NCBI RefSeq assembly: GCF_003966335.1
Contig: NZ_CP034549.1
Span: 360,001 to 392,000 of the forward strand
DNA from: Nonlabens ponticola
GTDB taxonomy: Bacteria; Bacteroidota; Bacteroidia; Flavobacteriales; Flavobacteriaceae
Direction: 5' to 3'
Length of the DNA stretch: 32,000 nt
The notes below the pieces were generated by a model. It had not been told where the DNA came from. It saw only the letters and a program-made list of their open reading frames with translations, and made no database searches. Numbering within the stretch: position 1 is the first letter of the stretch; the number at the start of each line of letters is the position of its first letter. A program made the position numbers and the translations under genes. Below, in pieces: positions 18,009-26,626 of the stretch.

Positions 18009-18599
18009 ATGTACCTTGACATCACAATGAAAACAACACATCCATCTAAATGTGCGTGGTGTCTTGGCGACCCACTTTATGAGCAGTATCATGATCAGGA
18101 ATGGGGCGTACCTATTCATGAGGATCGCGCCTTGTTTGAGTTTCTTATTTTAGAAACCATGCAAGCAGGTTTGAGCTGGATCACTATTCTCAAAAAGCGC
18201 AATAATTATCACGATGCACTTGACCAATTTGACTATCATAAAATTGCGAGATACAACGATGATAAGAAGGTTGAGTTGCTCAATAATGCTGGCATAATAA
18301 GGAATAAATTGAAAGTCAACTCGATCATAAACAACGCACAAGTATTTATAGAAGTTCAAAAGGAGTATGGTAGCTTCTCCAAGTTTTTATGGAAGTACGT
18401 AAATGGCAAACCCATTAAAAATAACTGGAATGACTTGAGTGAAGTGCCAGCAACAAGCTCAATTTCTAATCAACTCGCCAAGGACTTAAAAAAGCTAGGG
18501 TTCAAATTCATAGGTAGCACGACGGTTTATGCTTTCATGCAGGCAGTAGGTATGGTCAATGATCACGTGGTAACATGTTATAGGTATGATGAATTATAG
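18009..18599 (+). CDS. tag: DNA-3-methyladenine glycosylase I
   Basis: CAWCLGDPLYEQYHDQEWGVP...ETMQAGLSWITILKKRNNY...GSTTVYAFMQAVGMVNDHVVTC aligns closely with E. coli Tag. The start may be the ATG at 18027 (MKTTHPS). Confidence 0.9.
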   Translation: MYLDITMKTTHPSKCAWCLGDPLYEQYHDQEWGVPIHEDRALFEFLILETMQAGLSWITILKKRNNYHDALDQFDYHKIARYNDDKKVELLNNAGIIRNKLKVNSIINNAQVFIEVQKEYGSFSKFLWKYVNGKPIKNNWNDLSEVPATSSISNQLAKDLKKLGFKFIGSTTVYAFMQAVGMVNDHVVTCYRYDEL

Positions 18600-19176
18600 A
18601 TTATCGATGGTGGTTGTGGTGGTGTTAGCTTTCGCGAAAGCGTATTCCCAAAAATCCTCTACCACAAACCAAAAGGTCGAGCAAGAATCCAGAATAGCAT
18701 TAGAACAAATGGACGATGCAGCTCGCATTCTCATTGTTGAACTAGGCGCTACACCGTCCAGAACCAAGCTCTATGAAGAGCAAGATGGCAGCAAAAAATC
18801 ATACGAGGCAAAATTCAAAGTGAACCGAAAGAAATACAGTGCAGAATTTGATCGCAACTGGCAACTAGAAGATGTGGAAATAAAATCTACACGCCGATCT
18901 ATAGACAAGAAATTGTGGCGATCCATAAACTCACAATTGGACACGATGGCTCGCAAGTGGCGACTAGAAAAAATGCAGTTACAGTATCTGCCTTCTAGCG
19001 ACGTACGGCAACTCAAGCAAAAAATTAGCTCAAAACAATTTGATAACCTGGAACTTATAGTAGCATTCAAGAATAACAAGGCAGTTTATAGAAAAGAGTT
19101 ACTGTTTTCAAGCCGAGGTAAATTATTGAGTCAACGAGATATCAAAAGACGCAGATATGATTTCTTGTTGTTCTAA
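18586..19176 (+). CDS. Secreted hypothetical protein (possibly PepSY-like repeats)
   Basis: Signal peptide MMNYRLSMVVVVVLAFAKAYSQ. Repeated segments of the type YEAKFKVNRKKYSAEFDRNWQLEDVE resemble PepSY-like modules. The family assignment is weak. Confidence 0.55.
   Translation: MMNYRLSMVVVVVLAFAKAYSQKSSTTNQKVEQESRIALEQMDDAARILIVELGATPSRTKLYEEQDGSKKSYEAKFKVNRKKYSAEFDRNWQLEDVEIKSTRRSIDKKLWRSINSQLDTMARKWRLEKMQLQYLPSSDVRQLKQKISSKQFDNLELIVAFKNNKAVYRKELLFSSRGKLLSQRDIKRRRYDFLLF
18628..18641. repeat. Copy 5 of the iterated palindrome GCTTTCGCGAAAGC
   Basis: Perfect match, translated on the plus strand as AFAKA in VVVLAFAKAYSQ, a signal-peptide cleavage region. Confidence 0.95.
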
Positions 19177-19825
19177 ATTGCTCATACTCGCGGTTCTTAT
19201 CCTGTCCGGAGTTGCACATGCACAAATTGTGGATCAGGTAATCGCCCAGCCTGCGATCGTTCTTTCCTACCGCGATGTACCAGCGTGGAAGTTTAATACG
19301 GTCCTACAGCAACGCAATGTAGTTTATGATCAGACTAGTGCACTGCACATCCAAATCGCACAGTTCGCCAGCCGTGAAATAGGTTTTTATAGCGAGATAG
19401 GTGCTGGAATCATGTATAGGCAAGGTCTAGAGTCCAGCGTACGAGACGAGCTGCGCACCACAGAACAATACGTCCACGCTCGCAAATACAATAACTTGAA
19501 ACTAGCCCATAGATTGCGATGGGATCAGCGATGGCGTGACGAGGATTTGACTCATCGCTGGAGATACAGATTATCAGGATCCATGCCGCTAAACGGTCGA
19601 GAAACTAATGTGTCTGAGTTCTATGCGACTGCTAGTGCCGAGGCACTTTTTATTGCCGAAAATAAAGAGCGACCAGCTTACGACCAGCGATTAAGTCTAG
19701 GAATAGGAAGACAATTGGGGAAAAAATTAAAAGTGCAATTGACCTCACAGTACAGATGGGAAGATTATACGGCAATAAATAGGCGATCTCTATTTCTCAA
19801 TCTATCGCTGTATCATACGCTATAA
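19157..19825 (+). CDS. DUF2490-like outer-membrane hypothetical protein
   Basis: Signal peptide LILAVLILSGVAHAQ. The R/W-rich strands (HRLRWDQRWRDEDLTHRWRYRLSGSMPL) and the ~220-aa size are reminiscent of DUF2490. It overlaps the upstream gene by 20 nt. Confidence 0.55.
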   Translation: MISCCSKLLILAVLILSGVAHAQIVDQVIAQPAIVLSYRDVPAWKFNTVLQQRNVVYDQTSALHIQIAQFASREIGFYSEIGAGIMYRQGLESSVRDELRTTEQYVHARKYNNLKLAHRLRWDQRWRDEDLTHRWRYRLSGSMPLNGRETNVSEFYATASAEALFIAENKERPAYDQRLSLGIGRQLGKKLKVQLTSQYRWEDYTAINRRSLFLNLSLYHTL

Positions 19826-20464
19826 GAAGGATAAAAACACCTCGCGATCCATGGTGACAGCGCCTAGACTGTGCAAGTGATCGTTGTAAAGTTGTGCATC
19901 GATGAGTTGGTAATCTTTTTGTTTCAATGTTTTGACGAGGTGCCACAAGGCGAGTTTACTGGCATCAGTAGCCTTAGCAAACATACTCTCGCCACAAAAG
20001 ACTCCTTGCTCTTTCAAATCTACACCGTACAAACCACCAACTAGTTCCTTATCGAGCCAGACCTCGACACTAGCAGCATGTCCCAGCTCGTGCAATTGAG
20101 TATATGCCGCGATCAAGTCATCGTTGATCCATGTACCCAAGTCGCCGTTCCTGGAAACATTCATGCAACAAGTCATTACACGAATAAAGGACTGATTCAT
20201 GGTAATGCGATAGTTGCGGTTGCGCCCACTTTGCCTGAGCGACTTTGAAACTTTCATAGGTTGATCCTTACGCAGATCAAACACCATACGTGGATCTGGG
20301 CTCCACCAACAAATGGGATCATTGTCATCGTACCATGGGAAAATACCATTGTTATAAGCCAGCAACAATCGCTCTACACTCAGGTCACCACCTATCGCTA
20401 GCAGGCCATGAGCATCTGCGGTATGTGGATCTGGAAAACTGAGTTCTTGAGTTAATAATTGCAT
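19820..20464 (-). CDS. aat: Leucyl/phenylalanyl-tRNA--protein transferase
   Basis: FPDPHTADAHGLLAIGGDLSVERLLLAYNNGIFPWY...GGLYGV...FCGESMF are hallmark Aat blocks. Confidence 0.9.
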   Translation of the reverse strand: MQLLTQELSFPDPHTADAHGLLAIGGDLSVERLLLAYNNGIFPWYDDNDPICWWSPDPRMVFDLRKDQPMKVSKSLRQSGRNRNYRITMNQSFIRVMTCCMNVSRNGDLGTWINDDLIAAYTQLHELGHAASVEVWLDKELVGGLYGVDLKEQGVFCGESMFAKATDASKLALWHLVKTLKQKDYQLIDAQLYNDHLHSLGAVTMDREVFLSFL

Positions 20465-20488
20465 GTGTAATAATTAGAATCTACCGTT

Positions 20489-20527
20489 TAAAACAAAAAT
20501 CAACCCTAGAACATTCCAAGGTTGATT
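20489..20527 (-). terminator. Rho-independent terminator after the DUF3127 gene
   Basis: A perfect 8-bp stem AATCAACC/GGTTGATT (20498..20505 and 20520..20527) is followed on the minus strand by TTTTTGTTTT. It lies 28 nt downstream of the stop at 20555. Confidence 0.6.
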
Positions 20528-20554
20528 TTCGATATTTGTAAACCTATTGGTCTT

Positions 20555-20923
20555 TTAGAACGGTAGATCGTCGTGATCCTCATCCTTACTATTACTTATC
20601 GGGTCGTACTCATCAAACGGTGGTACCTCAGCCGCTGGTGCACCAGCACCTACTTTTTCAATACGCCATCCAGCGATCGAATTAAAATATTTGGTTTCAC
20701 CTTGTGGACTTTGCCACTCACGACCGCGCAGATTGATACCTACTTTTACCGTATCGCCTACGTTAAAGGCATCTAGCAAACCTGTTTTATCCTGCACAAA
20801 TTCAATCATGAGGTGCTGTGGATACTGCTCTTCAGTGGTTACAACGAGCTCACGTTTTTGAAAACCGTTTGAGCCGTAAGACTTTGTTTCTCCTACTAAT
20901 TTGATCTTTCCTTGAACTTCCAT
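20555..20923 (-). CDS. DUF3127-type OB-fold protein with an SSB-like acidic C-terminal tip
   Basis: 122 aa. The N-terminal ~95 aa (GKIKLVGETKSYGSNGFQKRELVVTT...GDTVKVGINLRGREWQSPQGETKYFNSIAGWRIEK) fit DUF3127. A Pro/Ala linker follows, and the terminus is EDHDDLPF. Confidence 0.7.
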   Translation of the reverse strand: MEVQGKIKLVGETKSYGSNGFQKRELVVTTEEQYPQHLMIEFVQDKTGLLDAFNVGDTVKVGINLRGREWQSPQGETKYFNSIAGWRIEKVGAGAPAAEVPPFDEYDPISNSKDEDHDDLPF

Positions 20924-20925
20924 AA

Positions 20926-21777
20926 TTATTGTAATAAAATTTTCCAGGCGTCCAGCATGTGACCGTTTGCGATCAATGTTTTCGCCATTTTGTGTTTGTC
21001 TATTTGTTTGAGATTGTATGTGTTGTTAGCTTTCGCGAAAGCTTGCACCTCATCAACCTCTGGTACTTCCTTTACATTTCCTAGTTTGCCCAGATCATTA
21101 CCAGACAAGATCTCGCTATCTCTTGCGTGATCTGGCAGTGCGTCCACGCCTACTCCTTTATCACGCAGTGGTTTTGCTACTTCAAACATAGCGTCTTTTG
21201 AACGGCAATACCAGTTGCCACCCATGCGCGCCACGGTATCGATTTTAAAAGGGTCAATATCGTTATTCTCATCGAGAATCTCATCATCAACATGCACATG
21301 CTGCACCTCACAGAAAATGAGGTTTCCAGCGCCACCTTGTTGACCCATTTCCTTGATCTCGATCACGTTGCACTCAAATTGCACAGGACTTTCTGCCACT
21401 CGTGGTGGTTTCACGCTCACACTGTCACGTGCTGTGAGACCCGATTTAATAAATTCATTGACGCCGGTATCATACTCGGTACTAGCAAGTGACATTTGCT
21501 GTACCAGATCATAGTTGACCACATTAATGACGATCTCACCAGTCTCACGTGCGTTTTCCAGCGTGTCTTTGGTCGTGTTATCGCGCATGCGGCGCAACGG
21601 ACTAAACACCAGTACTGGCGGATTTACACTCAACACATTATAAAACGAATATGGCGATAAATTTACCTTGCCATCCTTATCTACTGTACTTGCAAAAGCG
21701 ATGGGACGCGGCTGCACAGCGCCAGCAAGTATGCCATACAACTGCGATGATTCAACGTCTTGTGCCTTTATTTCCAT
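20926..21777 (-). CDS. Flavin reductase family protein (FMN-binding split barrel)
   Basis: LYGILAGAVQPRPIAFASTVDKDGKVNLSPYSFYN is a typical Flavin_Reduct block. I prefer the ATG at 21777 (MEIKAQD) over the tracked start at 21849. Confidence 0.8.
   Translation of the reverse strand: MEIKAQDVESSQLYGILAGAVQPRPIAFASTVDKDGKVNLSPYSFYNVLSVNPPVLVFSPLRRMRDNTTKDTLENARETGEIVINVVNYDLVQQMSLASTEYDTGVNEFIKSGLTARDSVSVKPPRVAESPVQFECNVIEIKEMGQQGGAGNLIFCEVQHVHVDDEILDENNDIDPFKIDTVARMGGNWYCRSKDAMFEVAKPLRDKGVGVDALPDHARDSEILSGNDLGKLGNVKEVPEVDEVQAFAKANNTYNLKQIDKHKMAKTLIANGHMLDAWKILLQ
21029..21042. repeat. Copy 6 of the iterated palindrome GCTTTCGCGAAAGC (16-bp palindrome 21028..21043)
   Basis: Perfect match, translated on the minus strand as AFAKA in DEVQAFAKANNTY, near the C-terminus of the flavin reductase and not in a signal peptide. 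Confidence 0.95.
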
Positions 21778-21911
21778 AGGTTTAAGCAAGATTACAAAGG
21801 TATGATTATTCAATTGCTCTTGCAACGGGAATGAACTAGGCTTGAGCAACTTTTGAAACCTAAACGCGTTGTGTGATAAGTTGTATTTTTATTTAAATTC
21901 TAAGTACCTGC

Positions 21912-23060
21912 ATGAACTTCACACCCAATCGCAATGTCATAAGATGGATGGTCATCGTATTCTCTGTGGTAGTGACAAGCTTCATCCTTTGGAACACCTA
22001 TATCTTTTTTCAAAAACTCAAGGAGTCTGAACGTAAAAACATTCAGGAATATGCTGTTGCTATAAAGGATCTGGCCAATCAGCCTATTGACGCAGATCTA
22101 GGTGAACTAGGTATTATTGTTTCTGGAAATACGACTGGTGTTCCATTAATCCAAGAAAATTATAAAGGCGAACTAAGCGCTCGTAACCTTCCCGAAAAAA
22201 CACTCAACGATAGCTTAAAACTGCGTGAACTCATAGAAGATTATAAGCAGGTAAACGAACCCATAGTCACCATGTTTAACGGCAAACCTTTTACCACAAC
22301 CTATTATGGCAATAGCGAGGTAGTAAAAAAGATCAAATACTATCCTCTAGCGTTATTGTTGATCATGTTTCTGTTTGGTGCGGTGATCTTGTTTTTTTAC
22401 AGATCCACAAAAGCTGCCGAACAAAACAAACTGTGGGCTGGAATGGCCAAGGAAAGTGCCCATCAAATTGGTACACCGCTATCATCGCTAGTAGGCTGGA
22501 CGGCCATCCTGAGAGAAAGCGATATTGATCCCACTTATGTAGATGAAATGGATAAGGACATAAGTCGCTTACAAATGATCACAGATAGGTTTTCTAAAAT
22601 AGGATCAGTACCCAAATTATCTGCGGTTGATATAGTTCAAGAAACTCGAGACGCCACGCAATACATCATGTCTCGATCTTCAAAACTGATAAAATTTGAA
22701 ATAAACCTGCCTGAAGAGAATATTATTGTAGATCTAAACAGTCAGCTGTATGCATGGGTTATAGAAAACCTGATCAAAAACGGCATAGATGCCATGAAAG
22801 GAAAAGGCTCCATAAAGGTCGCTTTAACCTCTAATGAATCAAAGGTTTTTATAACCGTTAGCGACACTGGAAAAGGAATACCCAAGCGACTAAGAAAGCA
22901 GGTTTTCACACCAGGCTTCACTACTAAAAAACGTGGTTGGGGTCTAGGTTTATCACTAGCGCAGCGCATTATTAGTGATTATCACAACGGTAAAATGCGC
23001 GTTAGAGACAGTAAAATCAATCACGGAACCACCTTTGAAATTATGCTGCGCAAGGCATAA
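21912..23060 (+). CDS. Membrane sensor histidine kinase (orphan)
   Basis: Two TM helices, an H-box ESAHQIGTPLSSL, an N-box NLIKNGIDAM, a G1 box DTGKGI and a G2 box GWGLGLSL. No response-regulator gene is adjacent. Confidence 0.85.
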   Translation: MNFTPNRNVIRWMVIVFSVVVTSFILWNTYIFFQKLKESERKNIQEYAVAIKDLANQPIDADLGELGIIVSGNTTGVPLIQENYKGELSARNLPEKTLNDSLKLRELIEDYKQVNEPIVTMFNGKPFTTTYYGNSEVVKKIKYYPLALLLIMFLFGAVILFFYRSTKAAEQNKLWAGMAKESAHQIGTPLSSLVGWTAILRESDIDPTYVDEMDKDISRLQMITDRFSKIGSVPKLSAVDIVQETRDATQYIMSRSSKLIKFEINLPEENIIVDLNSQLYAWVIENLIKNGIDAMKGKGSIKVALTSNESKVFITVSDTGKGIPKRLRKQVFTPGFTTKKRGWGLGLSLAQRIISDYHNGKMRVRDSKINHGTTFEIMLRKA

Positions 23061-23112
23061 AAAAAGTCTCTCGATTGAAAAGCTTTTTTGAAAATATTTT
23101 AATCATAATAAA

Positions 23113-24348
23113 TTACGACACAGCTTTCAACTTTTGGATACCGCTTTTATCTAGCTTTGATTCTGCATAGATTTTTGTAACTCTTAGCTCGTTCTCGCCG
23201 CTACCCGGTAATTCAAACATGGCATCAGTAAGTATTGCCTCACATAACGATCGCAATCCACGCGCTCCTAGCTTGTACTCGATCGCTTTTTGTACGATGT
23301 ATTCCAGCGCACCATCTGTTATCGTGAACGAGATATCATCCATTGAGAATAGCTTCTCATATTGCTTGATGATGGCATTTTTAGGCTCAGTAAGTATGGC
23401 TCTCAAGGTTCCTGCATCCAGCGGATTCATATAAGTCAATACAGGAAGACGTCCGATGATTTCTGGAATCATCCCGAAGTCCTTGATATCCTTAGGAATC
23501 ACATACTGTAATAGATTGTCTTTTTCTACTACCATGTCGTTTGACATACTAGCGCTAAATCCAACGGCCTGCATATTTAATCGCTTGCGTATTACTTTCT
23601 CGATGCCATCAAAGGCACCACCAGCAATGAACAGGATATTCTCTGTATTTACCTCTATAAACTTCTGGTCTGGATGCTTGCGACCACCTTTAGGCGGCAC
23701 GTTCACAACAGTTCCTTCTAACAGTTTGAGTAATCCTTGTTGTACACCTTCACCAGAAACATCGCGTGTGATGGATGGATTGTCACTCTTGCGGGCGATC
23801 TTATCGATCTCGTCAATAAAGACGATTCCTGTTTGTGCCTTCTCTAGATTGTAATCTGCTGCCTGCAACAATCTTGTCAATATACTTTCTACATCTTCTC
23901 CTACATATCCGGCCTCAGTCAACACGGTGGCATCAACAATAGCCAATGGCACATTAAGCATGCGCGCGACGGTTTTGGCAATAAGTGTTTTACCGGTACC
24001 CGTTTGTCCTACCATCATGATGTTGGACTTCTGGATCTCAATATCATCGTCGCTGGATGGCTGCAACAATCGTTTATAGTGATTGTACACCGCAACAGAC
24101 ATTACTTTCTTAGTAAACTCTTGACCTATGATGTACTGGTCTAGAAAATCCTTAATGGCTTTGGGTTTCTTGAGCGTCAAGTCTGCTTTAGAAACGCCTT
24201 GCTCTTCTTCCTTGCCGTCTTCCAGCACAATACCGTGTGCCTGCTCGATACAGCGGTCACAAATATGCGCGTCTAGTCCAGCGATCAGCAAATTGGTTTC
24301 TGCCTTATTGCGACCACAAAAACTACATTCTAATTGTTCTTTACTCAT
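23113..24348 (-). CDS. clpX: ATP-dependent Clp protease ATP-binding subunit ClpX
   Basis: N-terminal zinc finger CSFCG...CDRC, Walker A GQTGTGKT, Walker B VFIDEIDK and C-terminal GARGLRS. Confidence 0.97.
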   Translation of the reverse strand: MSKEQLECSFCGRNKAETNLLIAGLDAHICDRCIEQAHGIVLEDGKEEEQGVSKADLTLKKPKAIKDFLDQYIIGQEFTKKVMSVAVYNHYKRLLQPSSDDDIEIQKSNIMMVGQTGTGKTLIAKTVARMLNVPLAIVDATVLTEAGYVGEDVESILTRLLQAADYNLEKAQTGIVFIDEIDKIARKSDNPSITRDVSGEGVQQGLLKLLEGTVVNVPPKGGRKHPDQKFIEVNTENILFIAGGAFDGIEKVIRKRLNMQAVGFSASMSNDMVVEKDNLLQYVIPKDIKDFGMIPEIIGRLPVLTYMNPLDAGTLRAILTEPKNAIIKQYEKLFSMDDISFTITDGALEYIVQKAIEYKLGARGLRSLCEAILTDAMFELPGSGENELRVTKIYAESKLDKSGIQKLKAVS

Positions 24349-24419
24349 TGGGTTGAGTTTTGCAACACACCTCTAGCCTTTTCATGGCCTGTCGTTGCTA
24401 TGTGGATTGTTGGGATTAC

Positions 24420-24433
24420 GCTTTCGCGAAAGC
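24420..24433. repeat. Copy 7 of the iterated palindrome GCTTTCGCGAAAGC (16-bp palindrome 24419..24434); the only intergenic copy
   Basis: Perfect match in the 100-nt spacer between the clpP stop (24449) and the clpX start (24348). Confidence 0.95.
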
Positions 24434-24448
24434 GGAACCATCAAAAAT

Positions 24449-25132
24449 CTAGTTATTATTCTCTCGCGTTAGTACTTCATCAATCATACCGTACTCTAGC
24501 GCCTCATCTGCACGCATCCAGAAATCGCGATCACTATCCTCATTGATCTGCTCATAGGTCTTACCTGAATGTTTTGCAATGATAGTGTAAAGCTCTTCTT
24601 TGAGCTTAATCGCCTCTTTTACAGCAATCTCAATATCTGAAGCTTTACCTTGTGCGCCACCTGAAACCTGGTGAATCATCACACGGCTGTGCGGTAGTGC
24701 GCTGCGCTTGCCCTTCTGGCCTGCACAAAGTAACACGGCGCCCATACTTGCTGCCATACCAGTACAAATGGTTGCCACATCTGGCTTGATGAACTGCATG
24801 GTGTCATAGATTCCTAGACCTGCATAAACGCTACCACCTGGTGAGTTGATGTAGATCTGTATGTCCTTATTAGCATCTGCACTTTCTAGGAACAGTAGTT
24901 GTGCCTGAATGATGTTTGCCACCTGATCGTTCACGCCAGTTCCCATAAATATGATGCGATCCATCATAAGTCGGGAAAAAACGTCCATCGCGAGCACATT
25001 CATTTGACGCTCTTCAATAATATTAGGAGTAAGATTTGTTGGGTACATATTGCCCATGATCTTATCGTAGTACATTGGGTTGACGCCTTGATCCTTAGTG
25101 GCGTAACTCTTAAATTCTTTGGCTATATCCAT
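24449..25132 (-). CDS. clpP: ATP-dependent Clp protease proteolytic subunit ClpP
   Basis: INSPGGSVYAGLGIYDTMQFIKPDVATICTGMAASMGAVLL and MIHQ cover the catalytic Ser and His context. Confidence 0.97.
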   Translation of the reverse strand: MDIAKEFKSYATKDQGVNPMYYDKIMGNMYPTNLTPNIIEERQMNVLAMDVFSRLMMDRIIFMGTGVNDQVANIIQAQLLFLESADANKDIQIYINSPGGSVYAGLGIYDTMQFIKPDVATICTGMAASMGAVLLCAGQKGKRSALPHSRVMIHQVSGGAQGKASDIEIAVKEAIKLKEELYTIIAKHSGKTYEQINEDSDRDFWMRADEALEYGMIDEVLTRENNN

Positions 25133-25156
25133 AACTGTAATGATACTTGTTGTTGA

Positions 25157-25196
25157 AGAAAAAAGGCGTTAACTACTTGATAAAAGTTAACGCCTT
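25157..25196 (-). terminator. Rho-independent terminator after tig
   Basis: A perfect 11-bp stem AAGGCGTTAAC/GTTAACGCCTT (25163..25173 and 25186..25196) is followed on the minus strand by TTTTTTC. It lies 25 nt downstream of the tig stop. Confidence 0.7.
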
Positions 25197-25220
25197 AAAG
25201 ATAATCATTAATAAGACGGC

Positions 25221-26549
25221 TTATGCGTCATAAGCTTCCTTGATGAATTGCTCATAGGTTACTTCTTTCTTCTTGAGCTTTGCGTTCTCTTTGAAGAACT
25301 TGAGCATTTTCTCGTTTTGCAACTGCTCACTCATGCGTTTAACTTCTTCTTGATTTTGCATGATACGTGCCACAACCTGATCCACTTCTTCATCAGTCGC
25401 GTCTGTATGACCGTACTGTTTCATCTGCTCGCGTATTTGTTGGCTCGCGTATTCCTTGAGCTCTTCAAACTTGAGTTGTAGGTCTTCATTAGCCTTAAGG
25501 ATGTTTGATTCTATCAATTGATATCTCAAGCCCTTTTCTGACTTCTCGTACTCTTCAGCAGCTTGCTCTGCGGTCAACTCATTCTCACCGTTGTTGGCAA
25601 TCCATTTTTTAAGAAAGTCTGCCGGTAGGTCAAATTTTGTATTTGCAATAAGACCTTCAGTAACGTCAGTCAACAATTTTTGATCTGTTTGTTGTGCAAA
25701 TTGCTTTCCTGCATCTTCTCTTAAACGCTCACGCAGTTCATCTTCAGACTTGATTACATCAGGGCCGAATAGTTTATCAAAGAACTCTTGGTTCAACTCT
25801 GCTTTCTCGCGTGAGTTTACCTCTGTAATTTCAAAAGTCACTGGTACGTTCAAACCATCTGCTTTATCAGCATCTATTTTCAAGAAAGCTGCTAGATCGC
25901 GATCTTCTTCAAAAAGACCTTTGGTCTTGAGCTCAAGCTTATCGCCTTTTTTAGCGCCGATGAACTTTTTAGAATTTGTCTTGCCTTTGATTTTATCTAC
26001 TTTAAAAGTAGCGTCTGCGTTGATTTCTTCATCATCATTTCTAAAGACTCCTGTCACCTCATCATTTTTCTCAACAACGTCCTTGCTTACCAGCTTGCCG
26101 TACTGCTCTCTTATGCGATCAATCTGCTTGTTAATGGTCTCATCATCAGTCTTGATCTCATAGTGCGTGATAGCTTTTTTACCTTTTACATCAACATCAA
26201 AATCTGGCGCAAGACCAATTTCAAAATTGAAGGTAAAATCATCACTTTCCCAATCAATGTCTTCTTGCTCTACAGGTAACGGATTACCTAAAAGGTTCAA
26301 ATCTTCCTTGGTAATGTAGTCATTGAGCTCCTTCTGGATCAATTTATTGATCTCGTCCACTAAAATAGCTGTACGATACTTTTTATTGATAAGGCTAGCG
26401 GGAACGTGTCCTTTTCTAAAACCTGGAATGGAAGCTGTCTTGCGGTAATCTGTAAGTATCTTATCTACTTGCTCCTTATAATCTGCCTGTGCGATGTCAA
26501 GAGTGATGGTCGCGTTAAGTGCGTCTGTGTCAGTGCGCTTTATATTCAT
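25221..26549 (-). CDS. tig: Trigger factor
   Basis: The N-terminus ...TITLDIAQADYKEQVDKILTDYRKTASIPGFRKGHVP carries the ribosome-binding GFRxGxxP signature. The length of 442 aa is typical, and the acidic C-terminal domain fits. Confidence 0.95.
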   Translation of the reverse strand: MNIKRTDTDALNATITLDIAQADYKEQVDKILTDYRKTASIPGFRKGHVPASLINKKYRTAILVDEINKLIQKELNDYITKEDLNLLGNPLPVEQEDIDWESDDFTFNFEIGLAPDFDVDVKGKKAITHYEIKTDDETINKQIDRIREQYGKLVSKDVVEKNDEVTGVFRNDDEEINADATFKVDKIKGKTNSKKFIGAKKGDKLELKTKGLFEEDRDLAAFLKIDADKADGLNVPVTFEITEVNSREKAELNQEFFDKLFGPDVIKSEDELRERLREDAGKQFAQQTDQKLLTDVTEGLIANTKFDLPADFLKKWIANNGENELTAEQAAEEYEKSEKGLRYQLIESNILKANEDLQLKFEELKEYASQQIREQMKQYGHTDATDEEVDQVVARIMQNQEEVKRMSEQLQNEKMLKFFKENAKLKKKEVTYEQFIKEAYDA

Positions 26550-26581
26550 TTATAGACTTTTAACCTGTTTAAATCGGGCTG

Positions 26582-26589
26582 CAAAATTA
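26582..26589 (-). promoter_or_regulatory. -7 promoter element TAATTTTG (TAnnTTTG) for tig
   Basis: Exact consensus on the minus strand, 33 nt upstream of the tig ATG at 26549. Confidence 0.45.
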
Positions 26590-26626
26590 GTGCTTATTTT
26601 ACAGCTAGCAAAGTCATGCAATCTAG

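Noticed and set aside
21778-21849. 24-codon N-terminal extension of the flavin reductase ORF.
   Set aside because: The extension (MLKPSSFPLQEQLNNHTFVILLKP) has no counterpart in the flavin reductase domain, which starts right after MEIKAQD. It is probably upstream non-coding sequence read through in frame. This remains uncertain.
23059-23089. A-run ... T-run (AAAAAAG-16 nt-CTTTTTT) between the convergent histidine kinase and clpX genes, considered as a bidirectional terminator.
   Set aside because: The stem would be 7 bp of almost pure A:T with a 16-nt loop, too weak to call from sequence alone.
23456-23854. 132-aa plus-strand ORF antisense to clpX. Similar ORFs occur at 23219..23434, 24128..24376 and 25750..26163, antisense to clpX and tig.
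   Set aside because: These are Ser/Leu/Pro-rich shadow ORFs opposite highly conserved genes, a typical artefact of codon bias on the complementary strand.
26578-26605. Hairpin with 9 of 10 bp paired (GCTGCAAAAT/ATTTTACAGC) downstream of the holin-IV-like gene.
   Set aside because: No T-run follows on the minus strand, and it overlaps the exact TAATTTTG -7 box I assign to tig. I therefore did not call it a terminator.
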